Source: Planctomycetaceae bacterium (lineage in GTDB: Bacteria > Planctomycetota > Planctomycetia > Pirellulales > Pirellulaceae). From it: a stretch of 64,000 bases of DNA. The translations under genes were made by a program, and so were the position numbers. Positions 17,361 to 27,514 of the stretch are shown here, piece after piece. Positions within the stretch are counted from its first letter, which is position 1. Every line of letters starts with the position of its first letter. Below the pieces are notes generated by a model. That model was given only the letters and a program-made list of their open reading frames with translations. It was not told where the DNA came from and did not search any database. The stretch covers positions 36,951 to 100,950 of the forward strand of contig JAIYDN010000039.1 in NCBI GenBank assembly GCA_027487485.1, read 5' to 3'.

Positions 17361-20045
17361 ATGAATCCGGGCTCGACTGAAGTTATTGAAGATAGCAGCT
17401 CGGATGGTTTTCTAGCAGGTTCGGCTACATCGCCATCCTTTTTTTGGTGGGGTGATATCGTTGGGCTATCGCTCCTGGCCTTTTCCATATTCGCGGGCCG
17501 CACTTTCTGGTCGGAGTGGTGTGCGACCTCGGATGGCATTTTCTTTCTGTGCTTGGCCGGAATCGGGCTCCTTTTGGGACTTGCAATGTCTAACTGGAGA
17601 GGATCGAAGACGCGGACGAGAACACTGTTGACTTGCACGCACTGGGCACTTTCCTCGATCTTTTTGATTGCAGGGCTCATGCATGAGGGGAGATTCGCAA
17701 GTCCGTTGGCGACTTCTTTTGCATTTGCCGGGTGGTACTCTGGTCGTATTCGAGGCGAAGTCCCTGCTAAGGGAGTCCTTGCTTCGATGGCGTTTTTGTT
17801 ACCACCACTTTTACTAACTGCAAATGCATCCGGTCTATTTGAACTCATCAGTCAAAATGCCGTTACGATGACAGCGGCACTGGTCGACCTCAGTGGCCAG
17901 CCTTTTGCGAGGGAGGACGGCAAACTATTGTTCGGCTTGGGAACCGCCGATCGCTTTGCCAGTTTTGGAGTCTGGGATGGCGTGATTTCGATACTAGGAT
18001 TGGTGTTCGGACTTTCACTTGCATTTCGACGAAATCTACTGGTCACCTTGTTTAGTCTTGGATCCGGCGTCGTGATCTGGATTTCGATTCGAAGTCTTTT
18101 TTGGTTCTCGATATCGTACGCGTCATTTTTAAATCAAAGTTGGTATCCGTGGACTTTCTCGATTGAGGTTGGACTGTTCCTTAGTTGTTGCCTTCTCACC
18201 GTGGGGGCTGAGTATTTTTGCTTTACTTTCTTCGAGCCAATACCTTTAGAAAGTGATATGGAATGTCCGATCGCGTCTTATTCCTGGAACTGGCTATGCG
18301 GCTTGCCTTCGGTTCATCTATCTGTTCCGACCACAAACACAAGCTATGGAACCTGGAATCAGTTGTTGATTGATTCGGATAGGAACCCTACCAGTTTCAC
18401 GAATTTCCAATGGCTCATGAAAGAATACTTGTTGTTCTTTACAAGCCCAAAAGCAACTTTTGGTGCAATAAGCGATGCCAATCGCGGATGGTTTTATTCA
18501 AGAAAGCGGTTGGGACTCGGGGTGGGTGCACTTGCTATTGCACTCCCTGTCGCTTTGGTCGGGCTGTTTGGTTTTGCGCTTTACGGAAGTTATGGAAAAG
18601 GGGTTCAACCCTTAGTCGACGCAAATCTACAACTATGTAGCACAGAGCGATTACAAAAAACGTGCAACGAAACGATCGAAGCTGATTTTTGCAAGGCGAT
18701 TGGGGCCGCGTCAAACAGCGATCCCGCGAGAGTTCCAGAAGAGATAGCCGAAAGTGACCTACGCTACCTTGAACTTTTGCTGCGTAGGATTTTAGAAGGA
18801 GAGCCCGACAATCAGCTCGCTCATTATCGACTTGGTTTGGTTTGTTGTTTACAGGCTCAATCGGAGAAAGCGATGTTTCATTTTAGGGAGCTTGCGTCTG
18901 GCCGTTTTGGGGCGATACCTGCAGCCAATGATTGGATGGCAAAAAATCTGATTATTCGTCGAGCACAAGGAGAAAGTATTGAATTAGACGAGGTGATAAA
19001 AAACATCGAGAAAGCTAGAGCATGGCCAGGGGTTGATCATCGATTGTTAGTAGGGCTATCGTCGCTGTTAGCAGGCCAGGGAAAATCCCAAGAAGCCGTC
19101 GAGGTTCTCAAGCAAGCAGTGGCTCTGAAGCCAGAGTTAATCGTTGAACTTGCAAGGTTATATCAAAGTATCGGCCATGCGGACTTTTCAGAAACCGCAA
19201 AGAATGCGGAAGCGTTTTTCTTGAAGAGGATTGACGTCCCGACCGAGCAAGAAATGGATCGCATGGCCGTTGCTGAGGCCCGAGTTCTGCTTGGGCAGCT
19301 AGAACAGGCAGAGGCCGTACTTCTTGAAGGCTTGGAGCGTGGAACGGGTGGTGATCGGATGCGACGCCAGCTTTCCGAAGTGCAATTTCGACTTTACTTA
19401 GTGACTATCAAGAAGCTCGATAACGGAGAGTTTTCAGCAGACCTTTCGCTGCTCGAAAAAGCCGCGGCTACGGATTCTACCAACCCCAATGTTTCAGCCG
19501 GAATCGCAAGGTTGATACCTCTGAAGATAAAGCCAACCGCAAAACTCTTGGACACACTCAAGCAGCAAATCAAATCAGGGACAACTTCCGTCGCTGCTCA
19601 TTTGAGTCTTGGAGAAGGCTACTTTGGAATCGGCAAGGTCGAAGAGGCTAAGGAACATTGGGAGCTTGCCCTGTTGGGTGACCCCAATTCGGTCGTTGGG
19701 CTGAATAACCTCGCACTATCACTCGCTCAGACGCAGCCGCCTAACCTTGAGCGCGCTCTGGAACTTGCATCGCGAGCACACACAATTGCACCGCAAAACC
19801 CATCGGTTCTAGATACCTATGGTGAGATACTGTTGTTAGCAGATCGACCTAAGGAAGCAATCAACAAACTAGAGTTGGCGATTCGGTACGACAACGCAAG
19901 AATCGGCACGCGAAAGAAGCTAGTGAACGCCTACCAAGCCGCTGGTTTGGACGATATGGCGAAAGCTCAATCCGTGGTCATTGAGCAAATAGCATCTGCT
20001 AACGCGAGTCAGGAGTCCCCAGCACCCTTGCAAAAAAACGATTAG
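17361..20045 (+). CDS. Polytopic membrane protein fused to a C-terminal TPR-repeat domain
   Basis: The N-terminal 420 aa or so contain many hydrophobic helices. The C-terminal 450 aa or so have TPR-like Ala/Leu periodicity, for example 'LGEGYFGIGKVEEAKEHWELALLGDPNSVVGLNNLA'. Confidence 0.7.
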   Translation: MNPGSTEVIEDSSSDGFLAGSATSPSFFWWGDIVGLSLLAFSIFAGRTFWSEWCATSDGIFFLCLAGIGLLLGLAMSNWRGSKTRTRTLLTCTHWALSSIFLIAGLMHEGRFASPLATSFAFAGWYSGRIRGEVPAKGVLASMAFLLPPLLLTANASGLFELISQNAVTMTAALVDLSGQPFAREDGKLLFGLGTADRFASFGVWDGVISILGLVFGLSLAFRRNLLVTLFSLGSGVVIWISIRSLFWFSISYASFLNQSWYPWTFSIEVGLFLSCCLLTVGAEYFCFTFFEPIPLESDMECPIASYSWNWLCGLPSVHLSVPTTNTSYGTWNQLLIDSDRNPTSFTNFQWLMKEYLLFFTSPKATFGAISDANRGWFYSRKRLGLGVGALAIALPVALVGLFGFALYGSYGKGVQPLVDANLQLCSTERLQKTCNETIEADFCKAIGAASNSDPARVPEEIAESDLRYLELLLRRILEGEPDNQLAHYRLGLVCCLQAQSEKAMFHFRELASGRFGAIPAANDWMAKNLIIRRAQGESIELDEVIKNIEKARAWPGVDHRLLVGLSSLLAGQGKSQEAVEVLKQAVALKPELIVELARLYQSIGHADFSETAKNAEAFFLKRIDVPTEQEMDRMAVAEARVLLGQLEQAEAVLLEGLERGTGGDRMRRQLSEVQFRLYLVTIKKLDNGEFSADLSLLEKAAATDSTNPNVSAGIARLIPLKIKPTAKLLDTLKQQIKSGTTSVAAHLSLGEGYFGIGKVEEAKEHWELALLGDPNSVVGLNNLALSLAQTQPPNLERALELASRAHTIAPQNPSVLDTYGEILLLADRPKEAINKLELAIRYDNARIGTRKKLVNAYQAAGLDDMAKAQSVVIEQIASANASQESPAPLQKND

Positions 20046-20327
20046 CTGATGCCTTCATTTAAGGGCCGATAAGCTATGAAGTCGAAATTTAACCAATTCT
20101 TAAAAATAGCAATTTCGCCAATAAGTTAGTGTGTTTATCCACGGCTTGGATGTCTGAAGTCCGTTGAAGTGATGCGATGTCCATCAATCGCAGAATCTTT
20201 TCATTGACGAAAAATAATCAGCTGTGTGTAATCCTCTCGTGGGCTAGGTTGGAATGCTGTGGATGCTTTCATGGCGGTTGTCATGCAAAGCTTTGTCGAA
20301 ACCTTCACTTGATGATGAGATGGATAT

Positions 20328-20795
20328 ATGAAGCGAAGTCCGTTGATGGGATCCTGTTGTCATTGGTTAGCCGTGTTGGCGACTTTCGTAGTTCCGTTCG
20401 TGGCCGGTTGTGGTTCAGACAATCTTCAACAGCCTACTTATCCAGCTACCGGCAAAGTAACTTTTGGGGGCAAACCGGTCGCTGGAGCGATGGTCGTGTT
20501 TCACCCTGTAGACAAGTCGAAGTTCAAATGGGAAGAGCTTCCTCAAGCAGTGACGAACGAACAAGGTGAATACAGTTTGCATACCTATTCGTCCAACGAT
20601 GGCGCCCCAGCAGCGGACTACACCGTCGGTATCGCATTGGTTCCTGTTGCGGACGAGGGCGAAGATCAGGTCAAGCTTGAAAAGAATCGCATCATCTTGC
20701 CAGTTCGTTTTGCAGACCCAAAAACCTCCGGTCTAACGGCAAAGGTCGAGACCAAAGCCACCGTCATCCAAACGTTCGATCTTCCGTCAAAATAA
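20328..20795 (+). CDS. Lipoprotein with a carboxypeptidase-regulatory/transthyretin-like domain
   Basis: Lipobox 'FVAGC' followed by 'ATGKVTFGGKPVAGAMVVFHPVD'. It sits directly upstream of a DUF1559 gene, a common pairing in Planctomycetes. Confidence 0.65.
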   Translation: MKRSPLMGSCCHWLAVLATFVVPFVAGCGSDNLQQPTYPATGKVTFGGKPVAGAMVVFHPVDKSKFKWEELPQAVTNEQGEYSLHTYSSNDGAPAADYTVGIALVPVADEGEDQVKLEKNRIILPVRFADPKTSGLTAKVETKATVIQTFDLPSK

Positions 20796-20879
20796 GTTGA
20801 TGCATTTTCAATCGAGCGTTTTCATTGATCCATTTTTGTCGTTTGTTTTTGTTCCTTTTTAATTCAGGACGCGTTTGTT

Positions 20880-21926
20880 ATGTTGCGAAAAAAATCAGGC
20901 TTCACACTGGTGGAGCTCTTAGTGGTGATTGCCATCATCGGCATTCTAGTTGGGTTGTTGCTGCCCGCAGTGCAAGCTGCGCGTGAAGCAGCGAGACGCA
21001 TGTCTTGCCAAAACAATGTGAAGCAAATCGGATTAGCGATTCACAATTTCGAGAGTGCTTATCGATACCTACCTCCCGCAAGGATCGATGCGGCTCCAGG
21101 GTTTCCCGTGGTTGAGTTCGGAGTTCCAGCTCCCCCAACAGGAACCATTTCGCATGGCCCGGGACTTTTGATTCTTCCTTATTTGGAGCAAAACGCGCTT
21201 TACAGCGCTTACAATCTGCAGCTGCACTGGGCAGATCCTGCTAATGCAGCTGTAATTGCAACGCATATCCCTGCTTTCATTTGTCCTTCGGCCCCCGAAG
21301 GCAAACGAACTGACACCGGCAATGCCCCGGGAAGCACTGCCGCGCCGCGGTGGTTGGCTTCGGCATCAGACTACTCGATTGCGAACGGAATGAATGGAAG
21401 ACTTGGGCTTGCTCCTCTCAATCGTATGCCGCCTATTCCTGGGTACGTGTTCGGGGACCCAAGTACAGACTCATTGCAATACATTGGTGCAATTCTCCCG
21501 ATGAGCACCATTTCATCGTTTACTACCGGAATGTCGCCTCCGTTTTATAACAAGCGAGTGAAGTCGCGCTTCGCTTCGATGATCGATGGTACTTCGAACA
21601 CTTTCGCGTGGGTTGAGGACGCTGGCCGACCAACTCTTTATCGAGTTCGGACCGCGATTGCAGGTTCGCGTGCCAGTGGTGCGGGCTGGGCCGATCCCGA
21701 TTCCGAGTTTTGGGTCGATGGATTCACCACAGACGGCCTGACTTCGCTAGGTCCTTGCGCTATGAACTGCGTCAATAACAATGAGCTCTATTCATTTCAC
21801 ACCGGGGGATCGATGGCCGTCTATTGCGATGGCAGCGTTCGATTCATCAGTGCTAACACTTCGATTCCGCTACTTGCAGCCAGCGTTAGTTCCAGCCTTG
21901 GTGAAATCGAAACGATTCAGGAATAG
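20880..21926 (+). CDS. DUF1559 protein with a prepilin-type N-terminal cleavage/methylation domain
   Basis: Carries '[42 protein letters not shown]' and the C-terminal H-X9-DG motif '[12 protein letters not shown]'. Confidence 0.9.
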   Translation: MLRKKSGFTLVELLVVIAIIGILVGLLLPAVQAAREAARRMSCQNNVKQIGLAIHNFESAYRYLPPARIDAAPGFPVVEFGVPAPPTGTISHGPGLLILPYLEQNALYSAYNLQLHWADPANAAVIATHIPAFICPSAPEGKRTDTGNAPGSTAAPRWLASASDYSIANGMNGRLGLAPLNRMPPIPGYVFGDPSTDSLQYIGAILPMSTISSFTTGMSPPFYNKRVKSRFASMIDGTSNTFAWVEDAGRPTLYRVRTAIAGSRASGAGWADPDSEFWVDGFTTDGLTSLGPCAMNCVNNNELYSFHTGGSMAVYCDGSVRFISANTSIPLLAASVSSSLGEIETIQE

Positions 21927-21970
21927 GATCATTTTTGCCGTTTGCTAACGAGACGGCCGAGGAAAGCAAA

Positions 21971-21998
21971 AAGGCCTCGCAGAAAACTGCGAGGCCTT
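21971..21998. terminator. Hairpin terminator shared by two convergent genes
   Basis: Perfect 12-bp stem 'aaggcctcgcag' / 'ctgcgaggcctt' with an 'aaaa' loop. On the minus strand it is followed by 'TTTTTGCTTTCC'. It lies between the stops at 21926 (+) and 22043 (-). Confidence 0.6.
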
Positions 21999-22042
21999 GA
22001 TGGATGATATCTGTCTAGGTCTTGGACTCAATTAGGTTCCGC

Positions 22043-23863
22043 CTAAAAGTTGTAGGCGGCACCCAGAACAACACCATGCAACAGCAGGCTGTTCGTGTTG
22101 TTAATTTTATTGATGTCGTCGCCGTTGGAGAAGTCACGTGGGATTTGGCCAACTGCTGTAGCGACACCGTTTACGCCGACAACTCGATATCCAAGATTTG
22201 CAGTCCAACCACGACTGATGCGAATTCCAGTGCCGATGTTGCCTTCGGCCAGGAACGCCACGTCGTTCAGCGAATTGCTATAGTCGTATGGACGACCATT
22301 GAATGCATTCGTTGAAAAGATCGTCGCAGCAGCTGTATTGGTTCCTGCATAGGTGTTGGTGTTCATGTGATTGCCGAACACACCAAAGCTGGTGCCTGCA
22401 AAAAAGTTCAAGCATGTTCCTGTGCACCAGTTTGCCATCGATCCAAGCTGGAATCCAACGAGGTCGTTGGTAACTCCATTTCGATAGAACACATCGGAAG
22501 GTTCGTCACCATAGATGGCATTGGTGGAGCTGGAGGCGTATTCGAGCGAATCCTCGAATCTAAACCAGCGGACACCACCGAACATGTTGATGCGAAGCTT
22601 GCTGCATTGAGCACCGTACCAGGGAGCGCAAACTCCCGTTGGTCCGCCACAAGCAGATCCGCAGGGGTCGCAGCTCGAGCCGCATGGATCTCCGCAGCTG
22701 CCGTACGCTCCTCCGCCATGTCTTCCGTGATGTCCACCGCCGAATAACCCACTGCCGCAGCCTGAGCCGCAGGTGTCGTCGTAGGGCTGGCGAGCGCCGC
22801 CGCCAAGTGCGAATGAAAAGAAATTCAATTCGACGTTGTGGAACTGTTGATCGCGTTGAATGCGCTGCGCGAATGCTCGTCCTGCAAAGCTTCCATCGTA
22901 CCAGTTGTAAATAGTGTCACCAGGCATGGTGATACCATACGGGGTTCCGCTTGGATTCAAAGTAAAGGGTAGGTTAGATCGCAGGTATCCGCCACCGACG
23001 CCCACTGCACCTGGGTCGGTAACACTTGCCATTTGAGGATTGGAGAACACTCCCCAATAGCTTGCAACAAGCGCGTACTTTCCGCAGCCAAAGTACCTTC
23101 CAACCGAAGCTTGAAATCCGCCCGTCGCTTGCATGGCCGCATCGCTCGTCGATAACAATGGATACGTCGGCATGGCAGGGTCGGAGGTCAAACGAACGTG
23201 CTCATCGTCAAACCGTGTGAATATGAGCGCTCCAGCACCAAAAATCCAAGGGTTGGGCGAAGCGATAGACGGTCCGCAGCTTATCGCAGGCTCGTAGCAG
23301 CTTGCATCGGAACCGTAAGATGGAATTGACGAGACGACTTGCCCGCTGGACATTCCCACCCCGTGTGCGGAGCAGCTACCCGAATTGCATGCGGCACACG
23401 AGCTCCCGTAGGAAGACTGTGGTATAGGCTGTGGAGTGGCATAAGTTGGCTGAGCTGGCTGCGGAGCGTGAGGCGCCGGCATTTGCTCATAAGGCTGAAC
23501 CGAGGGCGCAGCATAGGTTGGAGACGCTTGATACTGGCTATTCAAGACGGCATTATCTTGCCCAGGTATGGCAGGAACATGCACATGTCCGTCCGAAACG
23601 CCACTTCCAACTGCTCCATTTTGAGCATAGCCGGCAAGCGTTGCTCTTCCGGCCGGCGGCCCCATAAAAGTTCGCAATGCCGATCCGCTGGCATTCGCGT
23701 TGAACGAGCTGGCAGAAAGCCCTGCCCCCGTATTTCCATTCGAATATTGGGCTGACGCGGTTGTTGGAAGCGAAATGGCTCCCAAAGCGATCGCGAGACC
23801 CTGAAACCAAGTTTTTTTCACCAGAAAGCTCCTTGCTTTTGACGTCCATCCTAGACGTGGCAT
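22043..23863 (-). CDS. BBP7-like outer-membrane beta-barrel protein with a Cys/Gly/His-rich insert
   Basis: Signal peptide '...AISLPTTASAQ'. The N-terminal region is Pro/Gln-rich. The C-terminal half has alternating beta-strand patterns and ends in 'LGAAYNF', a terminal aromatic residue. The family name is recalled, not searched. Confidence 0.65.
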   Translation of the reverse strand: MPRLGWTSKARSFLVKKTWFQGLAIALGAISLPTTASAQYSNGNTGAGLSASSFNANASGSALRTFMGPPAGRATLAGYAQNGAVGSGVSDGHVHVPAIPGQDNAVLNSQYQASPTYAAPSVQPYEQMPAPHAPQPAQPTYATPQPIPQSSYGSSCAACNSGSCSAHGVGMSSGQVVSSIPSYGSDASCYEPAISCGPSIASPNPWIFGAGALIFTRFDDEHVRLTSDPAMPTYPLLSTSDAAMQATGGFQASVGRYFGCGKYALVASYWGVFSNPQMASVTDPGAVGVGGGYLRSNLPFTLNPSGTPYGITMPGDTIYNWYDGSFAGRAFAQRIQRDQQFHNVELNFFSFALGGGARQPYDDTCGSGCGSGLFGGGHHGRHGGGAYGSCGDPCGSSCDPCGSACGGPTGVCAPWYGAQCSKLRINMFGGVRWFRFEDSLEYASSSTNAIYGDEPSDVFYRNGVTNDLVGFQLGSMANWCTGTCLNFFAGTSFGVFGNHMNTNTYAGTNTAAATIFSTNAFNGRPYDYSNSLNDVAFLAEGNIGTGIRISRGWTANLGYRVVGVNGVATAVGQIPRDFSNGDDINKINNTNSLLLHGVVLGAAYNF

Positions 23864-24251
23864 CCATTACCACTTCTAACCCCCTCCCTTTTGAAAGAGG
23901 GTACCTCAGGCTTCTCCCCTCCAGGGGCGAACCTTCAGGCCACTGCCATAATCGACATCCAGCCAGCCGGTCAAATTCTCTTTCAGTGTTTTGCTGGCGC
24001 ATTTTCGAGGGGTATTAAAATACAATCGGTACAAAGCGTCCATGCGGCGCTCGAGGTCGCTCACCCAAGGCGTTTCATCAAGAAAATACCTAATGAACGG
24101 CATATTCGGTACATTCGGAACATGAATTAACCTAGGCGTTTTCGTTGCGAATGTTATGATCGGAAGGTTAATAAACAGGGCTGATAACTGCCTATTCGCA
24201 CTTTGATTCAAACGGCATCCTCGCCGTAGCCTATCTACCGATTTACTCAGC

Positions 24252-25685
24252 ATGCGCTCTTTACCAATACTTGCCAACACCGAAGCGTCCAACGAGGGGC
24301 TCGCCCATCTCCAGTCGGAGCCGACCGATGGAAAGGGGTCCTACGCCTTCATTAGTCTTGGCTGTCCAAAGAATTTGGTCGACAGTGAGCAGATGCTTGG
24401 GTTGCTGCACCGCGATGGATACAACCTGGTCCAAGATCCTGAGAAAAGCGATTTTGTGGTCATCAACACCTGCGGGTTCATCGACAACGCTCGAAAGGAA
24501 TCGTTCGAGGCGATCGATCAAATGTTGGACTTGAAACGCCAAGGCAAAATCCGTGGTGTAATCGTTACAGGCTGTCTCGCCGAACGGCAACAAGAACAAC
24601 TGCTGGAAGCGAGACCCGAAATCGATGGTCTGGTCGGTGTATTCGGACGCGACGACATCACTTCGATCGTGCAGCGTTTCATGGATGGTTTGGACGAGCA
24701 GCGAGTGATCTTCAAGCCGGCACCCATTCGAGCATTGCCCGACAACTTCCGGCTGCAGGTAACCCCACCGCATTTTGCCTACATGAAGATCTCCGAGGGC
24801 TGTGATCGGCTCTGTACGTTTTGTGCCATTCCAAAAATGCGAGGCAAGCATGCAAGCAAGCCGATCGAAGGAATTTTGGAGGAAGCTCAAAAGCTTGCTG
24901 ATAACGGAGTACGCGAATTGATCGTTGTAGCTCAAGACACTACGTTCTACGGTATCGATCTGTACGGGCGCGCGCGGTTGTTTGAACTGTTAGAACAGCT
25001 TGATGGTATCCAGGGCCTTGATTGGATTCGCTTGATGTATTTTTACCCGATGTACATTGACGACACTCTGGTATCTACCATCGCAAACTCCAAGAAGATT
25101 GTCCCCTACATTGATATGCCCCTGCAGCATATTAACGACACGATGTTAAAGAGAATGGCTCGACGTGTGACTCGGGACAAAACACACGAACTGGTTACCA
25201 AGTTGCGGGAAGGGATCCCCAACCTTGTTATGCGAACCACCATGATTACAGGCTTCCCCGGCGAGACCGATGAGCAGTTTGATGAACTGGAAGAATTTGT
25301 CGCTGAGATGCGCTTTGAACGTGTAGGTGTGTTCACCTATTCGATCGAACCGGATACCCCTGCAGCCAAACTGCCGGATCACTTGCCAGAGCGTATCAAG
25401 AAAGAACGCCGCAATCGATTGATGGCCGTGCAGCAACGCAATGCCTTCGCTTGGTGCGAAGAAAAAATTGGAACGCGAATGGATATCTTGATCGACAAAG
25501 CCGTCGACGAATCCAACAATGTCTGGCTTGGGCGATCTTATGCCGACGCCCCGGACGTCGATGCGGCCGTGTTTGTGACCGGCGAGAAGGACAAACCCAT
25601 CAAAGCAGGGGATCTCGTAGACTGCGAAATCGTCTCGTCCAAAAATTACGATCTCGTCGCCGCCGCGACAGGGCCGATCCGATAA
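24252..25685 (+). CDS. rimO: Ribosomal protein S12 methylthiotransferase RimO
   Basis: Carries '[17 protein letters not shown]', 'INTCGFI' and the radical-SAM motif 'CDRLCTFC' (CX3CX2C). The C-terminus is TRAM-like. Confidence 0.9.
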   Translation: MRSLPILANTEASNEGLAHLQSEPTDGKGSYAFISLGCPKNLVDSEQMLGLLHRDGYNLVQDPEKSDFVVINTCGFIDNARKESFEAIDQMLDLKRQGKIRGVIVTGCLAERQQEQLLEARPEIDGLVGVFGRDDITSIVQRFMDGLDEQRVIFKPAPIRALPDNFRLQVTPPHFAYMKISEGCDRLCTFCAIPKMRGKHASKPIEGILEEAQKLADNGVRELIVVAQDTTFYGIDLYGRARLFELLEQLDGIQGLDWIRLMYFYPMYIDDTLVSTIANSKKIVPYIDMPLQHINDTMLKRMARRVTRDKTHELVTKLREGIPNLVMRTTMITGFPGETDEQFDELEEFVAEMRFERVGVFTYSIEPDTPAAKLPDHLPERIKKERRNRLMAVQQRNAFAWCEEKIGTRMDILIDKAVDESNNVWLGRSYADAPDVDAAVFVTGEKDKPIKAGDLVDCEIVSSKNYDLVAAATGPIR

Positions 25686-26251
25686 TGAACGCTGATTCAA
25701 ACGCAAACTCGAACTGGAATGTTCCCAACGCGTTGTCAGCCATCCGCCTAATTTTGGCGATGGTCGTTTGCGGGCTCATTGAATGGAATCTGATGGTGCC
25801 GGCGGCGATTTGCTTTGTGATTGCTGCCAGTACCGATTGGATGGACGGCTGGTGGGCCAGAAAGTACAACCAAGTCACCAAGCTTGGACGAATCCTGGAT
25901 CCCTTCGTCGACAAGATTATCATCTGTGGAGCCATGATCGCTCTGTGTGCCGCACCAAATTCCCCAATTGCTCCATGGATGTCGACGGTAGTGGTTGGTC
26001 GCGAATTATTGGTGACCAGCTTGCGTGGCCTGATCGAAGGACAAGGCGGAGACTTTTCAGCGAAACAGCTGGGAAAATGGAAAATGGTTTTGCAGTGTGC
26101 TGCCATGGTTTCAGTCATGTTGGAATTGGCTCATTCTAGCCCTCCTGCTTGGCTACAATGGACTAGCTTGGTGCTTATCTGGAGCGCTATCGCTCTAACG
26201 ATCGTATCGGGACTCGAGTACGTTATGCTTGCAACGAAGAAAACCCGATGA
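25685..26251 (+). CDS. pgsA: CDP-diacylglycerol--glycerol-3-phosphate 3-phosphatidyltransferase
   Basis: CDP-alcohol phosphatidyltransferase motif 'DWMDGWWARKYNQVTKLGRILDPFVDKI'. The ATG overlaps the rimO stop (TAATG). The longer ORF-track start at 25451 was rejected. Confidence 0.85.
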   Translation: MNADSNANSNWNVPNALSAIRLILAMVVCGLIEWNLMVPAAICFVIAASTDWMDGWWARKYNQVTKLGRILDPFVDKIIICGAMIALCAAPNSPIAPWMSTVVVGRELLVTSLRGLIEGQGGDFSAKQLGKWKMVLQCAAMVSVMLELAHSSPPAWLQWTSLVLIWSAIALTIVSGLEYVMLATKKTR

Positions 26252-27348
26252 TATTGGCTCAAATAGGAGCGATCGCGGTCGAACAGGCCAAGGCAACACC
26301 GTTTCAAATGATGGTGGGGTTGTTTGCGACTCTGCTGATGCTGTCGATCTGCACCGGCTGTATCTTCGCTTGGATCCAATGGCGGTCTGGTAAGGGGCCA
26401 AAGCTGTTGGCAACTGGTCCGATGGCCACGGTTGGCTTGGTCGATGTTATCGCCACCATCGTGATTCTGTTAGGATTTGGCGCTGTTTTGACTGTGGCTT
26501 GGCAACTGGCAGTGAAACCTTGGATCGGCTTGCCCCAGTCACCTACGGGAATGGAACTGGTATCGCAATCCGAGCCGTCGCCATCGATACCCGAGTCTGA
26601 GATTGAGACTAAGATCGAGACTGAGAATAAGACAGAGACCAAAGTCGGTGACACTGAAAGTGCGGCCGTTCCACCCAAGAAAATCACGAAAGAACAGTTT
26701 CTGTTCAGCGGTTTTGTCTTCACTGCTGAATTGATCTGCGTCTTATTTGCAACCGCTTTTGTTTGTGCTCGTACCGGATGTTCGATTCAGCGGCTTGGCT
26801 GGCGAACCGACCGTTGGCAAGGAGATTTATGGGCAGGATTTCAAGTCTACTTGATGATGACGCCCGTCATCTTCATTCTGAATGCGATTCTGTCGAGTCT
26901 GACAGGGGTACCTTACGAACACCCTATTTACGAAATGATTCAAACCTATCCTTGGTTGTTAGGGGTGGCGTTTTGGCTGGTTAGTATTGTGGCTCCTGTC
27001 TTTGAAGAGTTTGCGTTTCGAACCATTTTGATCGGCTGGTTCGAATCCATTCATATCGGCAAAAACAAACTCGCGGCGACCGCCTTCGGAGAATCCCCCA
27101 GCGACCATGATTCTCTTCCCCTTGGCTATTCCCCACCTTGGTGGCCAGCTATTCTTAGCGGGGTTTTGTTCGGCCTGGCTCACTTTAGTTATGGAGTTAG
27201 CTGGGTGAACTTGAGCATCCTGGGCATTGTGCTCGGCCGTTTGTATCAGATACGGCAAAGCTTGATCCCGGTGATGGTGGTCCATTGCCTGTTCAACTCA
27301 ACAAGCATTGTACTTATCGGCCTGAAGCTGTTATTGCCGGGGCCCTAG
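26248..27348 (+). CDS. CPBP-family intramembrane glutamic endopeptidase (CAAX protease-like)
   Basis: Carries 'EEFAFR', 'FGLAHF' and 'HCLFN'. The protein is polytopic. Its start overlaps the pgsA stop (ATGA). Confidence 0.8.
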   Translation: MILAQIGAIAVEQAKATPFQMMVGLFATLLMLSICTGCIFAWIQWRSGKGPKLLATGPMATVGLVDVIATIVILLGFGAVLTVAWQLAVKPWIGLPQSPTGMELVSQSEPSPSIPESEIETKIETENKTETKVGDTESAAVPPKKITKEQFLFSGFVFTAELICVLFATAFVCARTGCSIQRLGWRTDRWQGDLWAGFQVYLMMTPVIFILNAILSSLTGVPYEHPIYEMIQTYPWLLGVAFWLVSIVAPVFEEFAFRTILIGWFESIHIGKNKLAATAFGESPSDHDSLPLGYSPPWWPAILSGVLFGLAHFSYGVSWVNLSILGIVLGRLYQIRQSLIPVMVVHCLFNSTSIVLIGLKLLLPGP

Positions 27349-27514
27349 TACGGAAGATTTGCGTCTACCTGCGTTTGCCAACCTGTCGTCGATTTTGTTG
27401 AATAGGTTTTGTCCCAAATAGTCTCGGGATTTTAAACAAAACCCAGCGTGGCACGCATCTTGTAGGGTTGCTGCATTTTCTTCTTTTTCATCCAGCCCCC
27501 CTGATTGAGTTCTT

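Noticed and set aside
24261-24935. 224-aa minus-strand ORF, together with similar long antisense ORFs at 25146-25706, 47350-47988, 48779-49306, 59724-60350 and 36813-37412
   Set aside because: Each lies antisense to a gene with strong family motifs (rimO, PSD1, the FKBP-like gene, epmA). They are shadow ORFs typical of moderately GC-rich DNA.
25451-25684. N-terminal 78-aa extension of the pgsA ORF
   Set aside because: The extension is Arg-rich nonsense overlapping the rimO 3' end. The ATG at 25685 overlaps the rimO stop, and the recognisable PgsA sequence begins there.
26575-26650. Nucleotide repeats 'gagattgagactaagatcgagactgagaataagacagagacc', and also 'gcagatccgattgct' twice at 49348-49377
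   Set aside because: These are in-frame coding repeats: 'EIETKIETENKTETK' in the CPBP protease loop and 'ADPIAADPIA' in the PSD1 protein. They are low-complexity protein segments, not independent DNA features.
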